DNA of 64,000 nt from Selaginella moellendorffii (lineage: Eukaryota > Plantae > Lycopodiophyta). Shown in pieces: positions 25,498 to 37,244 of the stretch. The stretch's first letter is position 1. Each line of letters begins with the position of its first letter. Both the position numbers and the translations under genes were made by a program. The DNA lies in the NCBI RefSeq assembly GCF_000143415.4, contig NW_003314273.1:440915-504914 (forward strand). The letters run 5' to 3'. The notes under the pieces were generated by a model. The model did not search any database. It was given only the letters and a program-made list of their open reading frames with translations, and had not been told where the DNA came from.

Positions 25498-26132
25498 ACT
25501 ACTTGGAGCGAAGTTTGTTAAACATTTCTAGTGCATATAAATGAGACAATAGCAATGTTATAATTCTCATTATTATCCATATCTAGAGTATAAAGTGGAT
25601 GATTGGTATTTGTTTATTTTTCCAAATTTATAGTATATAATTTACCTAAAGGGCTCTTTGCTTAGTAGAAAGGATTGTATCAAGTGTTATGGCAAGTTAG
25701 ATTCCAAATTTATGATCATCACCAATTTATGTCATCATTGTGGTGAACTTGGATATTATAAAACTGATTATTCACAATTGAAGAATAAGTAATAAAGAAA
25801 AAAGAATAGTTAATCTTTTATTAGCATTAAGTTGAATATTAAAAATTTGCAAAATTTGCAAAGTAAAGATGACAAAAAAGACTATTCTGATTAAAGGAAG
25901 AAACTTTTAATCACTATTTGATAACTCAACTATATGTAGAATAATTAAAGGAACCTCAAGAGAAGGCATAACATAGTTTATGCAAGGTTAAACATCTTTG
26001 TCTTTGTTATTTAGTGCTGGGTCATAATAGTGTATTATTTGAAGTTGTTGAAGTTGGGAAGCTAGACAACTTGCATCCCTCATAAAGCATTGTTTGTAAT
26101 ACATAGAAATACTGTTCTTCTTTATTCAAAAT

Positions 26133-26790
26133 TCAAGATTGCTTCTTTAGTGGGATATGGCTGAAATCAAATATCTTCTTGAGACTGAAAATAAGTTTCT
26201 CTGCATCTTGATCTCCATCTGATGACGATTCTTCCACCATATAAGCAACAACATCATCCCTAATATTGTCCTTGAACTCCACATGCTCTCCATCACTAAA
26301 AACAGCTTCTCCTCCTTCCTCTGAACCACCTGAGCTTGACGATGAACTCAGAATGGACTCATAGGATGTTGTATCTAAAAAAGAACAAATAAAAAGTTTT
26401 GTGTCTGCTAAATTCAATGTCATACAACAGTTTCAAAAAGCAAATTGGTGGCAGAAGTATGTGTGCTTGGTAACAAGATGCAGCTCAACAGCAAACATGA
26501 CCAAAATTTACTTGCATTTTCCTACATGACGTAAAGCATAAGCTTTAAGGAGAATGATAGAGAGCACTTACCTTGTGAATTCAATGCTCTTGAAGTTTTG
26601 TCATGTCAGGAAGTTTCCATGTTAAGAATGGCACATCTAGGGTAAGCATCTAAACATTCACCAACAAAGAAAGCACATAAAGACTGTACTTACTATAGCT
26701 ACCATCTCGTTTCTTTGTTTTCTTCTGGAAAGTTTACTGAGGTCAGATGGTATCCGGTAGCTGGTTTGATCAGCACTCTCAAGCTGGAAG
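26133..26790 (-). pseudogene. Intron-containing gene remnant, divergent from the coiled-coil gene (paralogue ~49234-49890)
   Basis: Several ~50-60 nt minus-strand GT..AG intron-like blocks (e.g. 26375-26425). Acidic/Ser-rich last exon DTTSYESILSSSSSSGGSEEGG...KKQS*. Upstream exons contain stops. Confidence 0.4.
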
Positions 26791-27011
26791 CATTAGAAAC
26801 CTGCTCCAGGGACTTGTTCCAGACTCAAGTCTAGATATTGAGAGATGAGAATGTGTAAATGGGATGCAGCCTGTAAGCTGGTTCAGCGTGCCTGAGTTTC
26901 AAGAGCCAGGGCGCTGCCTAAGTCACTGCCGAGAAATGTAAACGAACGCATTAAAGTGAAATACATTTAGTAAGGGTTAGGGCATTAAAGGCATTTTGCA
27001 AAGGGCAAGCT

Positions 27012-28757
27012 ATGGCGCGAACAGAGCAGGAGCGCAGTGGATGCGTCACAGGTTTGTGGTCTCTCTTTCGACCAAAAAAGGCGCACAAGGGCGACAACAA
27101 GGTCCACCCGGAAGCCATGGACGCGGCGGCCTCGAAGCTGAAGGTCCAAGATCGTGTCTGTGAGGCCGTCTCGGGAGAAGCCATGGACGCCGCCGCCTTG
27201 AAGTTGAAGGAACTCAGGCGCGAGGTGAAAATCGTCTTAGAAGCGATACGACAGGAGCGAGGGCACAAGGAGCCGATCAAGCCGATCAAGCCGGAACAAG
27301 AGAAGGAGGACGAAGAGGAGAATCAAGAGAAGAAAGCGGAGCAGCTGAAGGAAGAGAAGAAAGCCGAGCAGGTGAACGAGGAGGAGAAAGAAGCCGATCA
27401 GATGAAGCCGATGAAGCTGGAAGAAGAGGAGGAAAAGGAAGCCGAGAAGCAGCTGAAGGAGGAGGAGCAAGAGAAGAAAGCTGAGCAGCTGAGCGAGGAG
27501 GAGCAGGAGAAAGAAGCCCATGAGACGAAGGAACTCAGGCGCGAGGTGAAACAGGAGCAAGGTCACAAGGAGCAGCCGCAGCTGGAACGAGAGGAGAAGA
27601 ATCAGCCGAATCAGCCGATCAAGCTGATCAAGCCGATGAAGCAAGAGCAGGAACAGGAGGAGGAGCAGCGGATGAAGCCGATGAAGCAGCAGCTGGAACA
27701 AGAGGAGGAGCAGATGATCAAGCCGATCAAGCAGCAGCTGGAACAAGAGGAGGAGCAGATGATCAAGCCGATCAAGCAGCCTCTGGAACGGGAAGACGAT
27801 CAAGAGAAGATGAAGCAGCAGGAGAATGACAAGCCCAAGCAGGAGGAGCAGCGACCCAAGCCAATTCTACTGCCAGCCGGGGGTCGTCGTCCAGGTATGG
27901 TTCCTTTTGCTTCTCGCATTCTTCTTCTACTGTGACTCACGATGGCCTTCTGGACTTGCAGGTTCCAGGCCGAAGATGGTTCGCTTCTCTTCCTCAGCGG
28001 AGGACATTCTTCCCGACAGCACCCGACGGCGGAGTGAAACCCATCTCAGCGATGGCCGACGGGGCTATGTTGAGTTCGCGTATCTCGAAGCTTTCCACAA
28101 GGCAAACCGGTGGCTAAACCAGAGGGGAAAAACCGAGAAGAAGATCTGCAGCTTGGAAGAGGAAAAGCGCGAGGAAACAGAAGAGGAGAAGCACGAGGAA
28201 AAGTCTTGGAGTGTTAGCGCGCTCCGGATTCTGATCAGACTCACCGAGCAGCTTTACGAGGAGCTCAACGGCAAATCCAGCGACCGAGAGAGGATCAAGC
28301 GAGCGCGGAAGATGATGAGGCTCCAGAAAATGCTGGATAGGATCCCGAGTGAGAGGAAACCGTGGAAGAAGCTTCAGTCCGGCGAGGTGGTCTTCGTGAA
28401 GGAGGCAAAAGAACTATATGATCGTGTGGGGAGAGATTTTGTTGCCGAATTCAAGAGGAGACAGGTAAGTTTGATATACCTTCCAGATTCCAGATGGCCG
28501 TTTGCTAATAACTTCCGTGTTTGTTGTAGAGAGCTGAAGTGAACGATGAGTGTTTGTTTTGTCGGAACCATGATGGCGAGAAGATGATCGGCCGGGCTGG
28601 AGCGAACTCTAAGACGACTAGACCCTGGGTTTACCTGAGAAGAGAACACGAGCAAACTGTTCTAAGCACGTCGAAGAAACGAGAAATGAAGTTGGCTCCG
28701 AGCTCGAGAAGTTGGCTGCAAGGATTGGTCAACTGGAGGCCAGTGCTCGGACTCTAG
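27012..28757 (+). CDS. Uncharacterised E/K/Q-rich coiled-coil protein, 3 exons (27012-27894, 27962-28464, 28530-28757), 537 aa
   Basis: Introns 27895-27961 (gtatgg..gactcac..ttgcag) and 28465-28529 (gtaagt..gctaat..ttgtag) join three overlapping ORFs in frame. GC-rich coding-like composition. The 3' end is uncertain. Confidence 0.75.
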
Positions 28758-28759
28758 CA

Positions 28760-31175
28760 TCGGAGAAGCCAACTCTCAAGAGTCAAATCCAGAAGTTGGA
28801 TCTCCAAGCAAGTTGAGCAGCACAGGAGGAGGCCACTAAAGCTATAGACCAGTTAAGTCGAGAGAAGATCGACCTTCTCGAGGACTCGACTCCAAAGATT
28901 TGGAACTGTCCAAGACGTGAAAGTAGTGCGTGACAACCGTGTCTCAGGGCTCCAGGCGGAGAAGTCCATCACACTTCAGGCGTCTAAACAGGCCAGCGAC
29001 CAGCCTCCACACTCTTCTAAGTCAAGAGAAGATCAATGGATCAAGTTTGACTACACTCTACAGTGTCTGGAGCAAGGAGGGATCTATCTTATCAGCTTTC
29101 CAGTCGACGGAGATGAGACAGGAGATACTGCTGCGGTATAATGTTCACAGCTTGAGGGAATAGTAGCAAGGGAACGACTGCAACGAGATGGTGATAGCGA
29201 GAATATGATATAGCTGAAGCTGCTCGTGACGGTGGGGGTATTCGGATTCACAGAGAGGGCTGCAGAGACTATAAGACAGACTACACTCGACGTTCTCTGT
29301 CATCCGGTAGAGCTCTCTAGTTGACGGAGACTTTGAAAACGGGTCAGGGCTGTCCAGGAATGCTCGTACAGCTGCTCGGATGAAAGTATCAGCAAAGAAC
29401 TCAGTGTCAGATTGCTTCAAGGGAAATCAAATCCAAAAGTTGGAGCGGGAAAACTCGGAGCTGTGGCCAAATATCCAAGCAAGTCGAGCACCACAGTAGC
29501 AGGTCACTAAAGCGTCAAGTCTGAGCTAAAGACCAGTCTCCACACTCTAAGTCGAGGGAAGATCAACGACTGGAATTGAAAGTTTCGGAAGATGGTGGCC
29601 GAGATGGAGAGTCCAAAGCGGCGGTTGACGAGGCTCCAGGCGGAGCAGTCGGCTGGAAGTGCAGCAGAGTCCATCAAACTTCGGCATCTAAACAGGCTAG
29701 CCCGCCTCCACACTCTTCTAAGTCAAGAGAAGATCAATGGATCAAGTTGGGCTACACTCTACAGTGTCTGGAGCAAGGAGGGATCTATCTTATCGGCTTT
29801 CCAGTGGACGGAGATGATTCAGGAGCGCCTGCTGCGGTAAGGCTGTCCATGATAGTAGCGAGGAACGACGTAAACCAGTGTCAGATGGCTGCAAGATGGC
29901 GAGAAGACGATATAGCTGAAGCTGCTCGTGACTGGGGTTTCGGATGGCTGCAGAGACTATAAGACAGACTACGCTAGACGTTCTCTGTCATCTGGTGGAA
30001 TGAGGGAAGTGTTCGGACAGGAGTTCTTGAAGGAGAAGCCCCAGGGGATAATGGCTGACGGAGTCGAATCCGCTGCACGAGGTGGAGCTCTCGGCGAGAG
30101 CACGTGATGGCAGAGTTTGGAAGCGCAAAGGCGAGGCTGGAGAAGCAAGTAACTGGCAGCTGATAGAGAGGATCACGGGACTCGAGGCGCTGGAGGAGAG
30201 AGAGACGTGCCAGATGCAAAGCAAAGCTTTGGGCGAGGAGCTCTGAAGGATGAAGAAGACAAGCCGAGGAGAACCGATGTGAGAGCAGAGGTTTGACGGA
30301 TCAGATGGACGCTACATGCGACAAGAAGGAGCATCTGGCTTCGCAGGAAGCTGTGTTTTTGCATACTTCCGCTCAAGCTTCTCAGCACGATCAAGGCCTG
30401 AAGTGGCGGAAGCATTTTCTAACTGCCAGAGGTTCTAAGCACGTCAAAGAAACGAGAATGGAAGTTCAAGAAGTAACCAGCTCTCGAGAGTCAAATACAG
30501 AACAGAGGTGCAAGCCAAGTACTGACAGCTCGAGCAGCGCAGGGAAGCAGTAGCAAGCCTCCAAAGCGCTAGAGACCAGTCTCCACACTTCTAAGTCAAG
30601 AGAAGATCAACCTCTTCGAGGAGATATCCTCCCTCGACTCCAAAGTTTCGGAGATATCTTGATCAATCGGGAGATAGCAGATAATTTTGTCAAGATCTGG
30701 GCTTCTCAAGCGGAGCTCGCTGAGACGGTGCCCGAGATCGGAGCAGTCAGCCAGCCGAGTGGAGAAGAGTCCATCAAACGTTGGCGTGAGAACAGCGAGG
30801 TGAAGGAGAAGATGAGATGCCAAGACGGATCAAAGACAAAGCTCTCTAGTTGACGGAAACGGGACGAGAGCTTCAATGCTGTCCAGGATCACTCTTACAG
30901 GTGCTTGGATGATAGAAGATGATGATGGCAAGATGATCTCAAACTCGAAGAAACTGCTTGTGGCGGCGGAGCCAGAGGTTCGGCTTCACAAAGACTGAAA
31001 AACGGCTGATGTTCGCCCCTGACATGCGGAGACTACAAGAGCTGGAGCAAACTCTAAGACGAAGCAACAGTCATAAAGACAGAAGATCGGACAAGTTTCA
31101 TGGAACGTGGAAGCTGGTGCAAAGCGATTCAGAGGTTCAATGGCCACCTTTACAATCGAGAAATGTGGACTGAGG
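28760..31175 (+). pseudogene. Frameshifted coding-like sequence with internal duplications (paralogue 51812-54227)
   Basis: GC-rich. Repeated modules such as LHTLLSQEKINGSS..LYSVWSKEGSILSAFQ at ~29010 and ~29710, and related pieces at ~29535 and ~30580. No long ORF. Confidence 0.5.
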
Positions 31176-33156
31176 GTACGTAGAGTCATTCGTTTTTTCC
31201 TCTTCCATTCATTTCATCCGTGTTGTTAAACAGAAGAAGCAAGCTGCAGCGACACACAAATTGTGATGGTAGCTCCTTTAGTATCAGCAACAAATCCTGG
31301 TGGAATATCTTCTGAGCTCCAACTTGGTCCAGATCGTTGGAGGCCGTCTCTTCGAGACTAAATAAATAAAACATCTCAGAGACTACGCTAAGGAGCTGCT
31401 TATTCTGGCCAACTTGTGAGTAAATAACCTTGAGAGATTATGTTTCTTTTCTATTTGGAAAATAGTCTGACTGCCAACTTGGTCCAGATCATAGGAGGCC
31501 GCCAGAAGAATATGTAAATGAGGGTGGAGCAGGACTTGAAGCAGCGAAAGATAAAACCAGCGTCAGAGATCATAAGAATCGAGCAAGTGGGAATGGAAAA
31601 CTGTAAGATGATTTTAAAACTTGGAGAGAAAGGGAGCAGGCTGAAACAGCTAAGATTGAGCAGCTTAAAGACGAAAAATTTCTTAAACCAAGCAGGGGCA
31701 GCAGCTTCAAAAAGAAAAATGGAAGCAGCTAAAGAGCAGTGAGCAGTGGAATAGTTCAGACTCGTGATAGTTTTTTTCATATCATTTTCTTTGATTTAGC
31801 TGTAAAAAGGATGATTTAATGTTCAAATTTATAATGTTTGAATCTCTGAAAGGTCCGAGATCCGATTTTGATCCTAGCAACAAGATGATACCTAGAGCAC
31901 GCTAGGGCTTGGCGGCGCGGCCGCTTGGCAAGGCATCCCCCGAAAAACTCGTGAACTTTACCATGTAGGCCGAGTATTTGCAATCTGTAGACTTGTCTCT
32001 AACATCGTGGATCTTCTTGTACGTTTGCAAGGATTCCTGATCAGTTTGTCCCCGTGATTAGAAAATGGAAAAACAAATCCAGCTCAGGAAAATAAGATCT
32101 TACATAGTTTGCTCCAGAGGCATTACCATCACATAGCATGTAAATTTGAACCGACCCGACCAAATGAACGATCTTCAATCCACTGGGAGTTTAGCAACTC
32201 CACCTGTGAAATAAAAAGAACGAAACAAGAAAAAACAATGATGAGAGTCATACTATTAACAAGAACCTCCAGTGGTTCTGGGAAAAAGCAAAATCACATG
32301 AGACTAGAAGAATTCCAAAGCCTTTGAAGACGTGCACGTTGATAAAGGACGCTTTGCCTTAAATCTCCTGCTGGACTGTGGGGTAACGATGGTGATAGCG
32401 AAGGTGTTCGACTTTCTAGGCACCCAGGCACACGACACCACGACACCACGTTAGAGCAAGAACTCAGGAGCTAATATGTACGCACCTCCAGTTGTTCCAT
32501 ATGGTATAAAGCCATTTGACTTGGTCTAGAAGGTCATAAGCGGATGAAAAGGGAAAAGGCTTGCCCACCTCCTTCCAGACAGTCAAAGTTGTTACCATTG
32601 TATGGGAAAAAAACTAAATTTCTGCACGTCGCCACCAATCAAACTTGTAAGATTGCTGTTCGTGAGCATCAAAGAAAGCTTCAAATCATGAACGAGAGTC
32701 TAAAGGCCATCGCATTTGTAACAATTGGCAAGAGACTTCCCTTCACCTCTGCAATTTCTTGCAGTTTGATAGATAGATCAGCATTGCAACATTTTACCAG
32801 CCTCCACACACAAGCACTCTTTTAGATACTCTTGTATAGGAAATTGATAAGTAGAAACACTTGTCTTCGTTTGGTTATTATAAATAAAAGTTCCTACTAA
32901 ATACTGATTAAATTGAGAATTGTAATCCAAGTAGAAATTTGATTATTAATTGATTATTTTTACTCTTTACATTTGGCCTTTGACATTTTGCTTTATTTAG
33001 TTATTATGTTGCAAGTTTATATTTTTATGGGTTCTTAAAATCTATGAAATCAAGAATGCTAATATTTAAAGCAAATTTTTATGGGTAATAAAGTTTTATT
33101 AGTTTCACTATTTTATGTTTCTTGAGAAAATATTATAATTTAATATATATTTAGTT

Positions 33157-33181
33157 ACACACACACACACACACACACACA
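33157..33181. repeat. (AC)12 microsatellite in an AT-rich spacer
   Basis: Directly visible. Confidence 0.95.
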
Positions 33182-34347
33182 ATATAAAGGTATTCTTAAA
33201 GTATAACACCAGACTGGTATACAACTACTAAATTTTTTACAATTGCATTAGCTGATAATAATATATATTTTATCTTAAAAATATTAAAATAATGATATTT
33301 TAAAATTCTCAATATACCAATTAATGTTAAAAACTTTATAGAAATTGTTACAATAAAAGTAATAAAAATTATATATTTTAAATAAATAAAATGGGATTTA
33401 AAATTAGATTAAAGATATAGTTTTTTAATTCTTTAATAAATAATAGTATTTAAATAGGATATTTATGTGAAGCAAAAACTCCAACAACACTAACATGAGT
33501 GAGTACAAAGAAGCACTGCTGCCTAAAGATTAAAACTTATTATTTTCCATCACAACACTCACTTACTCAATTATTCTTTACTTTTCCTAAGGCTTTCTTT
33601 TGTATTTTCTCTCCCTCTCCCATCAATATTATTATTTTCCTTTGATCCTTTATGGCAATAAATAAAATATTAAACACATACCATTTACAAGATCTCTTCT
33701 AGTTATGAGGTGTATAGGCAAAACTTTAAAGCTATAGTTGAAGTATGAAGAACAAAGAAGCAATTAAAAACACAAGGGCTTTGATTTTCTTACTGTCCCA
33801 AACATTTCAATCAGCAATGTTAATCTAACTTTTCTTTGATCCCTTGGGCTGTAATCTTTGGTCTTAACACCTAGGTGAATTTGGTGAATTGGCTAGAAGA
33901 AAGTCATAAACTTAAAAATCACATCTATTATACACTCTTGACAACCATGAGGAATCGAGTGCTCTTAAATTTTAGAGAAAACCCCCTGAGGGACTAGTGA
34001 GTCCAACCAACTTTATTATAAGGGCACTTCTAAATACCAATAGACTAGTGAGTCTGGCCAGCTTGACTAGAAGAACTTGACAAAGATGCTAGAATCTCCA
34101 GAACACTAGGTTATTTTGGCAATATAAAGTCCTTGCAAGGATATTAATTTGTTTCTTCTCAACAACAATATTTCTAGATGTGTCCAAAGTTCCAATCAAG
34201 AGGATTTCCTAATATTCTTAGTGTATTTTTTTGTATTAAAAGTCCAAGTAGAACTTAATATTCACCAAATTCCAAAATTTCACAATTAGCATAATTATGC
34301 CTAGTTAGCATCATCCTATTATATACATTGGGCATATATTGTAAAAT

Positions 34348-35150
34348 ATCATAAATGTGGCTTCAGGTATCAAAAAATACTTGTTAACCAGTACGTTTAG
34401 ACATTCTCTCTTCTGCCATAAAGGTCGATATAGTTGGACCACTTTATTATTGTCCCCTATTATGCTAGTGGAGTTAATTGGACATCTTAAGTGTACTTAA
34501 ACTAAACAAGCATAAGGATTGAATTTTTTATATATTATTAGCTAAATGTGTTGTATGTTGCATTAGCTAATGATAAGAACCCTCATGTGTTGAGTCTAGT
34601 TCCTCAATAATGCTTTATGATAGCTTATTGTGTCCACCAAACAGCCTCACTATCATACCTCATGTATTGGTTCCATTCAGTCTTTTGTGCTATTTATAGT
34701 AAGTGGTTAAATCTGTCTAAAATGCATATCTATGGAATTTAGAGAGTGTCATGAATCCCATGGTGTTGTTCCTACATCCCAATTCACAATTTAGTTCTAT
34801 TCCATATCTAGTAAATTTTCAAATCCCATAAACTAGTTCTTGAGATTGGGGTGAAAGCTAAAAGCATGCATTTTTCTAGGGTAAGGGATGAGGGGTTGTG
34901 GGGGGTTCTAAATATATAGTAAAGATAGTATTTGGAAGCATTATTGACCATCTAAAATATTAATTTGGCTCATGCTAGGTTGTATTGCTCATGATTTTGT
35001 GTCTAGCTTGGGAATAATCTCAAGTTCCATGTTGCTCTAATCAGTGGGGTATCCACCTTTTTGTTATAAGCCACTAGTATGCCAGAATTGGGCTAAACAC
35101 CATCTGATACTATTTTACATGCAAAAGTTGGATATGGGGAGTTAGTGTTC
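34348..35150 (+). mobile_element. Very old family-B-like LTR fragment, followed by a family-C-like LTR fragment (~35211-35550, opposite orientation to 18706-19760)
   Basis: aatgtggcttcaggtatcaaaa and ggggtgaaagctaaaagcatg..tatagtaaagatag match LTR B. gttaagttcccttgtcaagg matches the reverse complement of LTR C. Confidence 0.65.
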
Positions 35151-37244
35151 GTAAAAGATATTAAGTGTGTACCAAATCTTCATTTTGTTGCACAAAGGGT
35201 TTGGAGTTTGATATAAGCTATAAATATTTTTTTTTTAATTTGCCAACTTACCTTTTTTATTCGACCACTTTTGCTTTGGCATTAGTTAAGTTCCCTTGTC
35301 AAGGTCCCCAGTTATTATACCATCTTTTAGTTGGTCCTACTTGGATTTAGCTTCCTCACTACACAAGTAATGAAGTGTTAGCCATGCATCTACAGATTCA
35401 TAATATTTCTCTTAATCCCTCTCCTCAAGTGAGTTTGGACTTAAGATTTAATTACAATCCCTATAAGCACAACCAGCTAAACACACCAAGCCTCTAAGTT
35501 TTTTATATGCCTAGGTATAACAAAACTTAATCACAAAACCTTCTAAATCCCAAAACTTATGTGCATTTCTTGTTTCGAGTGTTGCAACACAAATTTATTG
35601 TTGCTTATCTTTACGTTACATGTTATAGCCAGAGAAACCACTCTTACTCCCACTTCTACCCTTGCTCCTATTTTTACTTTCGCTTTTACTCCTACTCCCG
35701 ATCTTACTACAATTGTTGCTCCCACTCTTACTCTCACTCCTATTCTCTAGTTGTAGCTATGGGTGTTTTGAGAGATAGGGAGAGGAAATTTTGATTCTCA
35801 AAATATTCCAAATAGTAAAACTCCATAAAGGCTATATCAAAGGTCCTCCCTATTTCCTCTGGCAATTAATTAAGTTTGGAATTACAGTTTTGTGAATTTG
35901 TATGTGAAGGATGGATCCGTGGTTAGGGCTTAAAGATGACCTAAAACTTGGTGAACTCAACATGAATAAGCTAGTTTAGTTTTCTTGAAAGAATGGACAG
36001 TTTGTTTTAGGAAATTGAGAAAAATCTTGAGTTCTAGGGGTTAGATTCATATTCTTAGAGACCTTAGGACCATTAAGGGTTTCAACTTCTAGGAATTTAG
36101 AGTGTAAGTTTAAAGGATTTTTCTCGTTCTTACATTAATTTTCTACATTACCTCTTTCCACTTGGTTTTCTAGTGATTTCTCATGATTAGTATATTGATT
36201 CTGGTTTTTCTTTCTTTGGGTCGATACGACTTGGCATCCTCTTTCCAACAAGCTAAAGAGCACCTTGTTTTGTGGAGGATTCAATTGCTAATTTAATGAA
36301 ATTTTGTCCATCACACTCCTTTGTTTTTCATGGCAAATTTTTCAACACTCTAAGCTTGCGATTTTAGGACTGATTCAAGAATTTTTTTTTCTGGATATGT
36401 AAATATAAAGACAAGCTTTTCGGAGAGTCCTTTCTTGGTAGCCAATTCGCTTTAAGCTATGACATGGAGTAGTTTTTCTCTCACGGCGCTTTATAGCTCA
36501 AATTTGCAAGTTTCTAGCTTAATCTTGAGGGAATTTGAAGTGTCATTCTCATGGAAATCATTACGGCCATGTTATTACCTTTTACCAATATTAAAAATGA
36601 GTGTTTCTTGTACTAGGGAGTGCATTTTCTTTTGTTTTCCTTCTTATTGTCTAGAATTTAATGTTTGAATCAATTTTTTCTTGAGATTTTAGGCATTTTA
36701 ACTCATGGTTTTGGTTTCATTCTCTTGGTTTGAGTATAAACTTTTAAACAAGTCCATCCACACCCATTTTTGTGTGCAAAGTTAAGAGATTTCCATGCAA
36801 ATGTTTTCCTCTTAGGCATTTTGAGTATTGGAGTTTAATTTTTTCTTTTTTCCCCCTTTTCTTTGCAATATTTTTTTCTTTTGTCGTGAGAAATTGGCAT
36901 TTGCAAGAGTGAGAGTGATTTTATTTGGGAAAATCTACATGAGGATACTCTTTTATTTGGAGTTATCCCATTTAGATACTTTGCTCTCACACAAGTCAAA
37001 GTTCTTTGTGCGTTGTATTTTCCACAACCTGGCATCTACTACATAGTGGACATTTTATGCTAGTTCACACTTGTTCCAATTAGAGATGGCAACTAGCAAA
37101 CTTCCATACAGTGCCTAGGGTATGGGGACATTTTTCACACCTTTTACGAGAGCTCGATTATCAAACTACTCTTTTTGATGAGGAGGATTCATCATTCATT
37201 ACAGATATCGAGTCAGGGAGTCCACCATCCATGGCTCTTCCTAC

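Larger units (their letters stand above)
1..36094. repeat. Tandem segmental duplication, copy 1 (starts before the window)
   Basis: Position 1 (atttagagtgtaagttt) recurs at 36095. The ORF set at 733/1181/1421 recurs at 36828/37276/37516 and 55938/56386/56626. Confidence 0.93.

Noticed and set aside
27237-27803. Leu-rich 188-aa minus-strand ORF (and 50334-50855)
   Set aside because: Antisense shadow of the GAG/AAG/CAG-rich coiled-coil exon.
35545-35960. Possible 5' LTR plus PBS (ttggtgaactc) for the gag-protease remnant, pairing with ~4720-5135
   Set aside because: Similarity is real but the copies are heavily diverged, and termini, PBS and TSD are not convincing.
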